Source: Bugula neritina
Lineage: Eukaryota; Animalia; Bryozoa
DNA length: 64,000 bases
Assembly: GCA_964035545.1 (NCBI GenBank)
Contig: OZ037767.1
Coordinates: 8,318,581 to 8,382,580 of the forward strand
Direction: 5' to 3'
Position numbers and translations under genes: made by a program. Below the pieces are notes generated by a model. The model saw only the letters and a program-made list of their open reading frames with translations, was not told the DNA's origin and ran no database searches. Shown piece after piece: positions 48,751-62,764 of the stretch; position 1 is the first letter of the stretch, and each line of letters opens with the position of its first letter.

Positions 48751-49869
48751 TCTAATTGAATTGTGCAAAGCAAGTAAAATCAAACATACATCAAAAATAG
48801 CTATATGCTGCCGGCAGCTTTTTATGATTCTTCCTTAATAGCTTATTATATAGCTATAATGGCTGCTACAATACAATATAATGAATATAAAACAACAACG
48901 CTTGATTGCGCCCATTGAAAACTTATGAGAAAGTGACAGAAAAACAACTCCAGATACTATAATCAGTCAGTTTTAATATATGTTACTATTAACAAAATAA
49001 AATACCAAACTGATAACTGGACAATGAATCTTGGGAGTTGTCATCACTATGTTCTCGAAAGTTCTAGAAAGAAGTAACTATTTGCTATATTATTGTAATT
49101 GACTCATGGCGTAGCTTTCTGAATGCCCTAAATGTCATTATAGTTAAGCTCTTAGCATAGTGGATTGTTTTATTTTGTCTCTTTGTATACTGTAAACCAT
49201 TCTTTGTCTGAAACGGCATGTCGAAATATCAGACCCTCCATCAAGATTTTGATATCCAAATATGTCCGATGTCTGTCATATTTGCAAAATCATTGGCTCC
49301 AACATTTTGAAAATCTCCGATCTTCAGCAAAAGATCAGTAGAAGAATCTTGAAGGAATGTTTCTCAAACTACATAAAGCGGTGAGCTCGCAGTGCAAAAT
49401 CATTCTACAGCTGGAGCTCGCCGAATAAAAATCTCACTGTTCATCATACTGTAAAAAGCTACTTAATACACAGTTCAAGACCGCTTCTCATCTCTCTAGT
49501 TAGACAAGGAGTTATGTTCTTTAATTAGGTGTTTCAAATCCACCAGATTATTGCATTGGTGGTAGCGGGGAGATCTTGGAGCAGCTAAGTAGCCCTTGAT
49601 AGAGAGATAAAGAGACAAGATGGTCTATACAGAGGGAGCACAGCCCAGAGAAGAAGCCCTCACAAGAGTCAGTGAGACTGGTCAGGCACCACCTGAAAAC
49701 AGGTATCGCCTCAAACCCCTGACTTTCAAAGATCACAGTTATGTCAAACAATTCATCTGAAAGTTTGAGGGTGTAGCTACTATCTCTGAATGGCCGGCAC
49801 CGATGCGAATCTTCTAACTCTTGACCTGCCTGACTAGTTAGGCCAAGAGTTACACACTCAGCTTCGAAG

Positions 49870-50323
49870 TAAAGTTGTGTTTATACCTCTGCTGAAAAAA
49901 GTACCGAGTTTAAGTTAATAATGCTTGTCCGGGTACCCATTTATAGTCAAACTGAAACCCGTTGAAATCATATTGATGTGGTTGCTCACTTTCTGAAATT
50001 GAAATGTGACTCGCATGATAGCTATTTGATGCCATTTGTAAACGTCGTGAATCAGTGAAGCGGACAGCATAAAAGCAATAATTGAGAAGGCGTAGGCTAT
50101 ATAATTATAACCGTATAAGTATGTTGTCTAATCGCCAAAGTAATAACTAAATAACGATGTTTACAAGGAGTTATTACTCCTTTTTCTGAAATTGGCCGAT
50201 TAAGTTATCACAGTACAAAAAATTTTACGAGTGGCTTGTACAATGCAATGCAACTCGGAAAAATTTCAACCCGGTCAAATTGAATTTCTAACCGAAAATC
50301 GTGAAGGTATAAAGGTAACTTAA
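49870..50323. mobile_element. Possible MITE (Kolobok-like TTAA context) interrupting gag
   Basis: Imperfect inverted ends TAAAGTTGTGTTTATACCT / AGGTATAAAGGTAACTTAA; gag-like sequence on both sides. Confidence 0.45.
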
Positions 50324-50330
50324 GCCATAT

Positions 50331-50924
50331 TGTAAGGGATTTTAGTTTATGTTATTATCGAAAGGATAACTCCTCGTGGCTTATTTTCTATACGCTTGGC
50401 ATGTTGTCTACAAGTGCAAAGGATCAATTATCATAATAGCTGACAATTGGAATGCGTACAATCTCTCTTATACTCGGCTGGACAATTATTGCTAGCTACT
50501 GCTAGCTACTAATGCACGCAGTTAGCGTGCTTAGTAGAAGATGCTAGCGTTATGCTTATGGTTATGGAGTTAATTAGTATCGACAGGGACGACACTGGGT
50601 CGACTGTTATCCGACATGCATCTTATGGTCGACAGTGGCACCACTAATACTAGCCAATCAGGAAGGACTGTTAATTGATAGCAGGTGGAGCTAGCTACGC
50701 GTAGTGGAAGCATGCTAAGTAGCTAGCCGGGCAGAGCAGCTTGGGACTTCGCTTAGAATAGTTGTGTGCAAAGTGCTCAATGTTATGTAATCAACAATTC
50801 ATGTTAGTAGTAATTCAATTCTTGTATCTTGTAAATAATAAACTTGTTATAACGTAAATAACCTGGTGTAGTAGCTTTGTATAAGTCGACCCACACAATA
50901 TAGTGAATTGAGAACTTCACTACA
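50331..50924 (+). mobile_element. Solo LTR (594 bp) related to element 1 LTRs
   Basis: TGT...ACA; TSD ATAT; 50625-50924 aligns with 23864-24173. Confidence 0.9.
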
Positions 50925-53900
50925 ATATCTTCCGGGCTTTCAAGGGATCAACTGCAAAGTATCAAGAGAGATCAGCAAAACCACGCCACATAAATAGAGA
51001 AGTTGGCCTAAATAGTCCATAGCCATACTGACAAAGAAGAACGCCGGAGCATCGCGTATGAAGCATTTTTCAGGAGGCTGAGAAATGTAAGCCTACAAGG
51101 CTACTACATGGCGGCTAAGGTAAACTTTATCAAAATAGCAGTAGAGATAGAGAAAACTTACTACCAAGTGGAAGAATTTCAAGGAGCCAAATTCAGTGTT
51201 GACCAAGTTGAAGAAGAGGAACAAGAGGCGGCCCAACCTTCCTCGTGCCCAACCTCCTCAAGACGCGGCTGTATATCACGGTGTCAACGGTCACATAGTT
51301 CACCTTGCTGATGGGCATGGTGAAGAGCCTGCAAAAACAAGCGATAAAAATGCAGCAAACTTAGACTAAAAGGCTGATGCCAAAATCTTAGGACGACCTT
51401 GTCAGGCCTCCACCCTTACTTGATAGGGTGTGTCACAACAAAACACATGCGACCCGACTGTCTACAAAAAAGGAGAGTGTTTTTAAAAACCCGACGCCTG
51501 CAGTAAATTTCACTAACCGTGGGCTCCCACTTTTCATGGGAAAGGCCCAGACAATGCCCAGGAGAAAACTAATGTAGCTTGTCGACAAAAAATAACAGGC
51601 GCATTGGAGTCGGAGGTAGAGAGAGCTGCTCGAACCTCCTGCCTGGTCACTCGGCACCTGAATGCAGTCTTTTGGCACAGGATGGCAGACACCCCAGAGA
51701 TCTCAGAGATCACAAAGTCTACTTGAATCTCTCGCCTGGTCACTCAGCAACCTGTTTATAGAGTTACTCAACGAGGTTGTAGAGAAGGAGTCAGCTTAAT
51801 CGCAAGAATTTCCCAAGCAACTCTTCAAACCTCAAAAGGCCCCCAACATTGTGAAGACAAAAAGGAGGCTTGCCATGAGGATCCTAGAAGTGTCTTTCCC
51901 AGATACTGATTACTCTAAGAGCATCCGGGTGTATGAAAGCAGATACTCCTACCCGAGAAGATATAGGATAAAGCTTCCACCTTCCTATAGTAGACACCGG
52001 GTGCACCACAAACCTGCTGAGTTGGCATCTCTTTAAAATCATTGGCGCCCAAAAATGAGTGTGCTTTGAGTCATATAAAGGTGCACGCGGTATGTTAGCA
52101 GATGGATCATGTATTCCTTTTCACGGCATCATTACATAACCTGAACGAGTCTATGATTAAGTAAATCACGAGATTTTTGTTGTCAGCTACCTTAAAAGGG
52201 ACGCTATCTTGAGCATGCCATTCCTGGAGAAGCACCAGTATTACATGGATTTTTAAAAGTTGGTGGCAGTAGTGATGGCTGGAAAAAAACTTGTCTGTGT
52301 CTACAATTTTGGCAGGCCCTTGGTGGGCTGATTAGGTAGTACAGGACTGCACAGCTTCAGGACAGTCCCAGGCTACCCTACACTGCAGGGTCAACTGCAT
52401 GAAAATTGCAGAACTGGGAGTGGTAAAAGGAAATCATGAAAAGATTCAACTGGCAAACAGCCTGAATCTGTTAGACTGTTAGAAGGAGCTTCTGGTGCAA
52501 TGTATCAACCTATTCAAACCTGTCAAGCTATTGGCTGGTGTGTTGGTGGGGAAGTAGCAGATGTTGGACCGCACTAAAGACAATAGCCGGAACCCTCTCT
52601 CAAACCAGGCGAGAACCAGTCCCTGAACATGTGGCTGACCTGTACGATGGAGCCTGCGAAAGTTGAACGGGTAGCACCAAGGTCATCTGCTATGAGATAC
52701 TCTTGGCAGCTAACACCGCTCACATCAGGCAGCCAACTTGACGGCTGGGCCCGAAGGAAGAGAAGGAGGTGAGCCGGCAGGTGCAAGACTTTTATTGAGC
52801 CTGCTCACGGTGCTTACCAGTAGTTCTGGTTAAGAACAAGGACGGTATTCGGAAATTCTGGGTGAACTACTGCAAGCTCAACAGTGTTTTCATTTGGGAT
52901 GTCTACCTCTTCCTCAGATAGATGGGTCTTTGGATGCTCTTGTAGGAAGCAAGTACTTCAGTACCTTGAGTCTCCTGAGTGGGTACTGGCAGGTGCCTCT
53001 CAGTCCAGATGCTCAGAACAAGGCAGCATTCATTATTCGCGGTTGGCCCTAGAAATAGAAAGTACTACCATTTGGACTAACATCCATTTTGGAAACTTTC
53101 CAATGACTCAAGGAGCAGGTCCTCAGTGAGCTACACTGGCAGATAATGTTCATCTATCTGAACAACGTCATTGTCATCTCCCCAGACTTTGCAAATCATA
53201 TCAGTTATCTGCAGGAGGTCTTTGGCCGCCTCCAAGCAGCAGGACTGAAACTGAGGCCCGCCATGTGTGCACTCTTACAGCCGGAAGTCAATTATCTAGG
53301 TCATATGGTCAATCAAGACAGCGTTGCTACAGATCCAGAAAAAGGAGGGACTGTGGGAGAGTGGGCTGTCCCCAAAGACTTTTCTTAGTTTCCAGCATTC
53401 TCAGGTATGGTAGGGTACTACAGGCAGTACCTACTCAAGTTTACAGGAGTGGGTCAGTCTTTAAATTGGTTAACCGCCAAGGGGGATTTTGTGGTAGTGG
53501 ACGCAGGAGGAGCAGCTGGCATTCAACTACCTCAAAGATCGATTGACAGAGGAACTTATCCTGGCATACCCGGACCCGGCCAAAGAGCACATTCTGGACA
53601 CCAGCACTAGCGACTACAGCATGGGGGCTGTCTTGTCCCAAGTCCAGAGTTGAAAAAAATGTGGCTGTGGCTTACTGCAGCAAAACTCTCTCGGTCCTTG
53701 AGAAAAACTACTGCACCACCAAGAAAGAGTTCTTAGCAGTAGTCAAGGTGGTCAAGGACTTCTGGTCCTATATGTGTAAAGGAACGTTAAGGTTATGAAC
53801 AGACCATGGGTCAATGATATGGCTGTGTAAGTATGCTGAGCCTTTAAGCCAGGTGGCTCGTTGGCTAAAAGTCCTTGCTGAGTTCACCTACAAGATAGAG

Positions 53901-56362
53901 CATTTTGCTGGGAAGAAGCATGGGAATGCTGACAGGATGAGTCTCTGGTCAGATGAGAACTGTAAGTAATGCCTACACCTTAAGAGACGAGACAGAAAGC
54001 CTGCTCGCCTTGACACAGCGGAACAGCTTAAAAGAGATGACCTCTTTAGTTAGGAGCACGGCAATTTTTGCTCTGAAACTCACCCAAACGCTATCAATGC
54101 CCTCCGGGCCAACCCCACTTTGTACCGGAATGTCAAAGAATTGTACCAACTCCAAGAGACGCTACCAGGTACGGTAGCTGACATTTTCTGAGCGAAGAAA
54201 GAAGGAAGATGACTTAGTGACAAGCAGCAACGGCAAGAAGAAGTTGAATTTCAACATCTCTGTTGCCGCTCGGTTTTCATCAAGGGCAGTCAGGATGACT
54301 TACAGACCATATCACTGTCAGCAGATTATTGTCAGCAGTAGAAGGAACACGTCCTGTGTCCACATGCTCTTCGATAGGACCTGATCTGGGACATCCATAA
54401 ACAAGCCCAAATACGGTGTTACTGGCCCAAAGTGATTTAGGAGATGCAACTGCACATACATCAGTGCAAGGTTTGCTATGCTGGTAAGCACCACTGCCTA
54501 ACCAAAACCACTGGTCGATGCTGGCTGTACGCTAGTAAGCCGTGGCAAGTAGTGGCGGTGAACTTAGTCAGACTTATGCCGCTATCCGCCAGAGGGAACA
54601 TACAGATACTGATGCTCACTGACCAATTCAGTGAGTTGGTGGATGCTTTGGCTATTTCAGACGCGTCAGCCCACACAGTGAACCAGGTCCTAGATCAACA
54701 TTCATTCTGTTACTTTGGTTTACCAAAAAAAAATATATGGACTAAAGTGGGCAGTTTTAGTTCCAGTTCATGGGAGGCCTCTGTCGGCTATGGGAAATAA
54801 TTATAGTCAAACCACCCCACATCACTTGCAAGAGAATGGAGCCATAGAGCAGAACAACAGGGTGTTGGGTAACGCCCTCAGAAACCTTATTCTTAGACAA
54901 GAGTCAGGAGAAATGGAGTGTGGTGCTTTCTCAAATCATGAGGCCCTACTGCAGCACACCACACTTCAGGACACAGGAAACCCCAAACTTTCTGAAGCTC
55001 GGCTGAGAGACTTGGTTTTTGAAACACATGACATACCATGTTCCAGCGCCCGAGTTCCCAGCACATGAGTACATGGGGAAACTGATCGAGAAGATGAGTG
55101 CAGCTCATGACGTTTTGCAAAAGAAACAGTTTAAGGTGCAGATGAAGAGCTCGTAGAAACCTTTCTGTATCAAATAGGAGACTGGGTTTGCATGGTCAGC
55201 CTCCGTAGGCGTTTCAGACAGTCAGCTAAGCTTTAGCCCATGTTTATTTGACCCTACTGTGTGGTGGAGGTACTGCCAAACCACACGTATTATGTGGAGC
55301 ACTCTTGACATACCTCAGTCTAGAGTGAACAGTGGTTGAAGCCATCTTGGGCCAACCCAGACCCTGCAGGGTAGACACCATCATTACTGGAACCGGCTCG
55401 TTGGCCTGTCACAAGAGGGAGGATAGCACAACCCAGAAAATAAAGGATCTTCATCTCTAAGCAGGATGAGACAGACGACGCACTGAAACCGCTCCTCAGC
55501 CTAGACCACCAGTTGAATCAGCACCAGGGTCCAGCTCCAGCAGCTCCAGGGTAGAAAGCGTCTCCATTTTTTGATTGGCTAAGGCCAGTCTACCCCATCT
55601 GTAGAACCTGCAGGTCGCTCAGTCTTCCTACTACCTTTGGCTCTAGAGAGGTCAGTGTGATAGAAGGAGTATTGTAAACTTAGCTAACTACCACCGCAAA
55701 AATCTAGAGCTGCAACCAATAGAGAGACATGACAAAGGGAATGGTACACTCAGTACAAGCAAAATCTTTGAGTCTCAGATGCAGAGTAGCCCTTACAGCG
55801 CCAGACAACTCTGGAGACGACGATCTGCAAACCGGCCTAACCACCTGGCCAACAGCAACCCAGTCTTTTCAATTTGTGTTGGCCTAGGTAAGCAACAATA
55901 CCCCAGGCGCACAGACCACCAGGATCCAACCAAGAAGACGGAAGATAAAACCAAGACCCTGCTGCCTGCTCAGCTGATTAGAGCTGGCACCACCACAACC
56001 GTCACCGAACCAACTAACACCCAGCTTTTAGGGGAAGTGTTGGCAAGGCTAGGCAACTAGCTTGGACCACAGGGCACCCAGAAGAAAGGCAGGACCCTGC
56101 CAGACCACCCACAATTGCCCCGTCGCCAGCAGAGTATGGCGCTTTCTTACCAAAAGAGCAACTTAGACGAAGAGATCCAAGCCTTATGCCGTCACCTTGA
56201 CTAATGCACAGAAAAAATAAAAAAGCTGATAGGCCGACTCTAATGACCGAAACATATGGCTAGGAGCTGCCGACATTAGCGACTGTATATTTTGTGTGTG
56301 TTACCATTATTTGCTTATATATATTATGCATATATGTATAAATATAAGCAAACAATATGTAA

Positions 56363-56722
<360 letters not shown>

Positions 56723-57096
56723 TAGTGAATGCACAATTTCACAACAGTATTACTGTATACATTGTACCAAAATAAACAATTAGCGTCTAACTGGAAAGCC
56801 TTCATGTGGAAAGCGTCTAAGTGAGAAATATAGCCCAGGGTCTAACTGGGAAGCCTCCATCTGGAATGACTCCCTTTTAATAGGCATAATTATTACAAAG
56901 CCAAAGCTAGGAGTTAAAAGTAATTGCTATTGTTAAAATAGTTATAACTTATAAGGAAACATGTGTTCAACTGATCTGTGACTATAGTAATTTTAACAGT
57001 AATCTGTCCTTGTTTTGGCGTACGAGTTCAAAACAAATATTTCATATGTTTCATACATTAGGTATTAAAAAGTGAAATACAAAATAAAATAAATAC

Positions 57097-57267
57097 CTGA
57101 GCAAGCAACGCCAGCTCCCAGATGAGTAGGATTGTTACATTCTCTAAATCGTGCAGTTTTAATGTAAGAACAGTTTGCTATATCAACAGCTGCTAAGCCC
57201 CGTAGCGGCCGTATAGAAGTATCATTATAATCTGCCCATTCTGTCCAACTATTCCAACCTCCATTAC
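57097..57267 (-). CDS. Internal host exon encoding a thrombospondin type-1 repeat
   Basis: TTTTATTATAG acceptor and GTATTT donor; 171 nt; phase 1-1; NGGWNSWTEWADYNDTSIRPLRGLAAVDIANCSYIKTARFRECNNPTHLGAGVACSG (WxxWxxW, RxRxC, CxG). Confidence 0.85.
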
Positions 57268-57365
57268 CTATAATAAAAGTTTAGAGTCATTTAGATTAAG
57301 TTCGAGAAATAAGAAGTTCTATGCAATACTCATTTTAAATATATCTTTACAAGCTAGCAATTTAG

Positions 57366-58127
57366 TTATAAAAAAGTATACGAGAAACATTGTTGATTTA
57401 TTACTTTATTAGGCAAAGTGATTATACTGATATTTTGGGCACCACTGTGCCCATCTTCAGAGTAGCAATGAATGATCGAAATTCAAAAATTATTACACTA
57501 TGCATAAAAAATTGCATAAAAAATAAATTAGAGACTTTGACAAAACATAGATATCCAAATATAAAAACAGCATGGATTAGTGAAACTATGTGAGAGTTGA
57601 GTAATGTGGAGCTTATTGGTATAGTTTTAGTGGTAGGCCTATAGAGTAATTTTGTTTATTAAGTTGAGGTTTTATTTGTTTAATGTATAGAGCTTCGGCT
57701 ACTTTTCGATAGTGGATTCTTTTAAATGAATGATTTAGAACTGTTACATTGTCTATTGATATGTTTCCGTGGTTAGTGGTAGAAATATGTTAATAAGTTT
57801 TGGAATTGATGTCATGGCAATCTTCGCCTACATATGTTTGTTGACATGAAGCTTCAGGGCAGGTTATTTATGCAAAGAAATCAGTATAATTTTTGACTTG
57901 CATAATATATAAAATAAGATTATCTCCCTCAGTTTCAATAATTTAAAATAACTGCCACTCTCTATTCTTTGTGTCATGCATAGTGTTTAACGTAACGTAA
58001 TAATTTTTGAATTTCTATTCTTCATTGCTACTCTGACGATGGGCACAGTGGTGCCCGAAATATCAGCATAATTGCTTTGCCTAATAAACTAATAATTCAA
58101 CAATGTTTCTCGTATACTTATTTATAA
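57366..58127. repeat. Inverted repeat (about 131-bp arms, 500-bp spacer), MITE/foldback-like
   Basis: 57366-57496 is the reverse complement of 57997-58127 with scattered mismatches; no clear TSD. Confidence 0.8.
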
Positions 58128-58678
58128 TACTCATTTTGTATATCACTTATAGTTTGCGGTTCCTGAAACTTCAATTTGTGACATTGTAAAATACCATATT
58201 TAACTCATCAATTTACTAGATTTGGTCATTTCCTCAATATGCACACATACATAAGTCGTAAAACGAAAGAATGGAAGTTCAAACCTTTGTCTTGACCTAT
58301 AAAATTTAGCAATGAAATGAAATCGTGAAATACATAGAGCGCACTGTATTTGAAAAGATGATGTTTATTTTGAATATTGGGATTTTTATATTTTATGGGA
58401 AGAGACTTTTAATGGCTATAGATTTTTATTTCTATACATCTGAATGTTAAAACTGTAAAGCTATACTTTGAAATAATTCATGACTATTGTTGATGATATG
58501 CTAAATAAGCTTTGTCTTTGTAAAGGTTTATACTTTATACTATGTTATTCGTGTTATTAATAATAGTCAGTTCGTGCTTTTAGATTTATCCAGAGTGGAT
58601 CTTTAATATCTTGAGCAATAAACTATCTTAAACTCTTTGACCGGTCTCTGAATCTATAAAGCAAACATAGCATAAACA

Positions 58679-58693
58679 TGGTGCCCCGAGTGA
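58679..58693 (+). promoter_or_regulatory. Primer binding site, elongator tRNA-Met-like
   Basis: TGGTGCCCCGAGTGA resembles the complement of the animal elongator tRNA-Met 3' end (TGGTGCCCCGTGTGAGG), from memory. Confidence 0.65.
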
Positions 58694-58788
58694 AGACTTA
58701 AAGAAACTAAAAGTAAAAGTGTTTGCTGGAAAGAGAGACAACAAACAATACAACTAAATCAAAAACAACAAAAAATCACAATATCAAG

Positions 58789-61700
58789 ATGAGTATCAGT
58801 GTTGACTTTTTAGCCCCCAAGCCTATTCAAGATGGCTCTGACTTGTCCAAACAGTGGACGAGATTTAAAGAAGAATTTGAGCTATTCCTCACAGCAGCTG
58901 AGAAAGCAAATTCTGATGATAAAGTCAAAGTAGCCATTATGTTAAAATGCATAGGCCCAAGAGGCAACAACATATTCAAAACATTCACTTTCTCAGATGG
59001 TAAACCAAAAGAAGTCTATGCTGATGTTGTGGGAAAGTTTGATGCTTTTTGTCAACGAGGCACTAATAAAGTAGTCAAAAGACATCAACTGTTATCAACC
59101 AAGCAGAATACCATGAACATTGTCGAATATGTCACCTCGCTTCACAAAATCGCTCGAGAGTGTCAACTGGACACAATGTATGACGATTTCATGCTTCAAG
59201 CTTTACTCCTGGGCATCAACGATGCCCAACTAAGAAGGAAGCTATTTGATGACGTCAGCGGGGATACTGGCTTAGGGCTAGAAGAAGCTATAAAGAAATG
59301 TCGTATTGCTGAGAATTCAAGGAATGACATGGCTGCAATCCAGTCTGAAGAATCAGTGCAATTCATCGGTTCCAGAAAGAAGCCTAATAAGCCAAGCAAA
59401 GATGATGATGATAATGCAGTAAGGTCCACTCGAACAGGAAACTTTTCAAAAGGAAGTTGTGGCAACTGTGGGCAGTCTCACCCTCCCAGAAAGTGTCCTG
59501 CATACGGTCACCAGTGTCATAACTGTAAAAAGTATAACCATTGGAGATCTCAATGTCGCTCAAAGAAGCAAGTAAACATGGTAGAAGAAGACAGTGATGG
59601 CTCAAGTGAATCGTTGTTGAGCATACAGGTAATCAGACAGAACAAAAAGTTGATGACAACTATAAGAGCCAGTGTGAATGATAGTCACAAACCGACACAG
59701 TTTCAGATCGACACAGGAGCATCCTGTAACATTCTCAATCACAAAGATTTTGTTGATCTCGGTGAGCCAAAGCTTGACAACAACCAGACAAGGCTGAAGC
59801 AGTTTGATGGTTCTATCACTCGAGCATTAGGAGGATGCGAACTGGAAGTAGCTAGAGAGAAGCTGTATTTTCTGGTGCACAAGACACAAAATCACAGCCT
59901 TCTATCTGGTGAGGCCGCTCTTCAGCTCGCTTTGATAACCATTAAAGAGGAGTGGGTTAACCTAATAAGCAATGCCAGCCTAGATGACATTCTCGGAAGC
60001 TACCCAGAGGTTTTTGAAGGTATTGGATGTTTGCCTGGGGAATACCATATTGAAATAAATGATAAGGCTATCCCAAGACAAAGTCACAACAGAAAGACGC
60101 CTCTCTCGATGGTAGCTGATCTCAAACAAAAATTGCAGTCATACACCCAGAAAGTTATCTTAAGTCCAGTAGACTATCCAACAGCTTGGATAAACGATCA
60201 TGTGGCTGTGAGAAAACCCAATGGCACACTGAGAGTATGTTTAGACCCAAGCAACCTAAACCAAGTGATTCAAAGAAATCATTTTCCAATGCCGACGCTA
60301 GACGATGTGCTTAGCGAGCTGGATGGTGCTCGAGTATTCTCATTGTGTGATGCCAAGGACGGCTTTCTGCAGATAAAGCTCAGCAAAATGTCCAGTGATT
60401 TAACTGCATTCTGGACGCCATTTGGCAAATACAAATGGCTGAGGATGCCTTTTGGGTTGTCCTCAAGTCCTGAAGAGTTCCAGAGGAGACTCTCAGATGC
60501 ACTTAGCAGTCTCGACAGAGTAACTGTAGTAGCAGACAACATCCTAATTTATGGGAAAGGAGCTACTCAAGCGGAAGCAGTGCAAGACCATAACCAAAAG
60601 CTCGAAAAACTTTTAGCAAGAGCACGTAGGGTTAATCTCAAGCTAAACAAAGAAAAATGTAAGTTTCTTCTAGAAGAGCTACCTTATATTGGTCATTTGA
60701 TAACAAAAGATGGAGTGAAGCCCGATCCTAATAAAATCCGAGCCATAACGGACATGAAGCCCCCTGTCAACAGTGAAGAAATACAGAGGTTTCTTGGTCA
60801 TGTGAACTACCTATCAAAGTTCATACCTCACTGCTCTGCTGAATGTGAACCACTAAGACGGCTGATTGGTGTAAGCAAGGAAGAGTTTTTCTGGGGCCAA
60901 GATCAAAAGAGAGCGTTTGAGGAGATTAAAAAACTCATCACGAAAACTTCTTCACTCAAATACTTCAACATGAACCAGCCAGTAGTTGTACAGACTGATG
61001 CAAGTCTAGAAGGGCTCGGAGCTGTACTTTTACAGGAGGGGCAACCAGTAAGCTATGGCTCTAGAAGTTTGACAGATAGTGAGAAAAACTATGCACCTAT
61101 TGAACTAGAACTTCTGGCCATCGTCTATGGGATGCAGAAATACGATCAGTACGTTTTTGGAAACCCATATGTAACTGTACACACGGATCACCACCCTTTA
61201 GAAACAATATTTAAGAAGCCTCTGAACAAAGCGCCTAAACGCCTGCAATCAATGCTATTGGCTCTGCAAAGATACCAAGTTAAAGTGCACTACAAACCTG
61301 GTTCTGAACAAGTTACAGCAGACATGCTGTCTCGCGCTCCTGTTGGTGAACAATACATCAGAAGAACAGATTTTCACAGTTAATCAATTAAAGTCATTTA
61401 TGTCTGACCTAAGCGAAACGGGTCTGAAGCAAGACCTGCCAGTGTCAGAAGCGACCTATAAACTGATCTAACAGCATACGGGTAATGATCCAGTATTGGT
61501 GCAGCTGCAATCTCTGATAACCTCAGGATGGCCTAACAAATTATTTCAACTTCCAGAAGAGGTGAAGCCGTACTATTCATACAAAGATGAACTTGCAGTA
61601 CTAGATGGGATTATTTATAAAGGATCTAGACTGGTTGTGCCCATAGCTGCCAGAGGTGAGATACTCAACAGGCTTCACACTAGCCATCAAGGAACAGCTG

Positions 61701-62764
61701 CCACTATCAGAAGAGCTCGCAATGCGGTATTCTGGCCTCAAATGGCTGAGGACATTCGAATGAAAACTAACAAGTGTGTCACATGTGCAATGGATGCACC
61801 TTTACAACAGCATGAGTCTCTGCAAAACCATGACATACCAGACTTACCTTGGAGTAAAGTAGGCATGGACATACTAACCTATAAGCCTAAGGATTATTTG
61901 ATGCTGGTAGATTATTACTCTGACTTCTTTGAATGTGAACCTTTATCTGATACACAATCTAGAGCAGTAATCAAGGCTTGCAAGAAAACTTTCGCGAGGT
62001 ATGGAATCCCTCACCAGCTGCAATCAGACAATAGACCACAGTTCACCTCGGCCAACTTTGCTCGATTTAGCACTGAATGGGGTTTCAGCCATACAACCTC
62101 ATCTCCAGGACATCAGCAGTCGAATGGGAAGGCAGAAGCAGCAGTTAAAATAATCAAAAGGCTGATGAAGAGAGCAGAAGACCCATATTTGGCTCTGCTA
62201 GAATATCGAAATACCCCGACTGCAGGGATGAACTCATCACCAGCTCAGAGGATGTTTGGGCATTCCACAAGGTCTATTCTTCCTACAGGTGACATGCCAA
62301 AGAACACTGTCTTACAGCAAAAAGCTAACAAGAGAAAAGTGGTACAGAGCAGATACAATAAATCAGCTAAGGATTTGACAAAGTTGGCTATCGGCTCGCC
62401 AGTGCTGCTGAGAGATTTTGTGTCACAAAAGACTAGATGGCAGCAGGGCAGAGTGGTTGAACAGCTGTCGGACCGATCATAACTTGTCTCAAACAAAGAC
62501 ACAGACATGGCTGTGAGGCGAAACAGGGCCGATTTGCGCCCTCTGAGTGATGTGGAAGCTAGTCAGCCATTGACTACAGTTGAAATACCAACAGACGCCA
62601 ATGACCCAGTATCCATTCATTCTGTTCCAGACGCACAGATTCAATCAGCCGCAACAGCAATTCCTACAAAAGTGAATACAAACCCTGATCCAGCCCCAGT
62701 TAGATGGCAACGGTCAAGACAAACAAAAACCCCAGCTAAATATGAACAATATGAACTATACTAG
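58789..62764 (+). pseudogene. Single-frame gag-pol of element 3, disrupted
   Basis: CGNCGQSHPPRKCPAYGHQCHNCKKYNHWRSQC knuckles; IDTGA; VADN (catalytic D>N); TDAS; QSDN; frameshift near 61360; stops near 61469 and 62480. Confidence 0.92.

Larger units (their letters stand above)
49557..56290 (+). pseudogene. Heavily decayed gypsy element of the element 1/2 group (PBS, gag, pol, 3' region)
   Basis: Decayed PBS TGGTGGTAGCGGGGAGAT; gag YRLKPLTF..VKQFI (49620-49860); frameshift-signal remnant 51482-51524; RT IYLNNVIVISPDF; IN KPWQVVAVNLV. Confidence 0.88.

Noticed and set aside
48950-49540. Protein-like minus-strand stretch (ETFLQDSSTDLLLKIGDFQNV...)
   Set aside because: Multiple stops and no recognisable family; left unassigned
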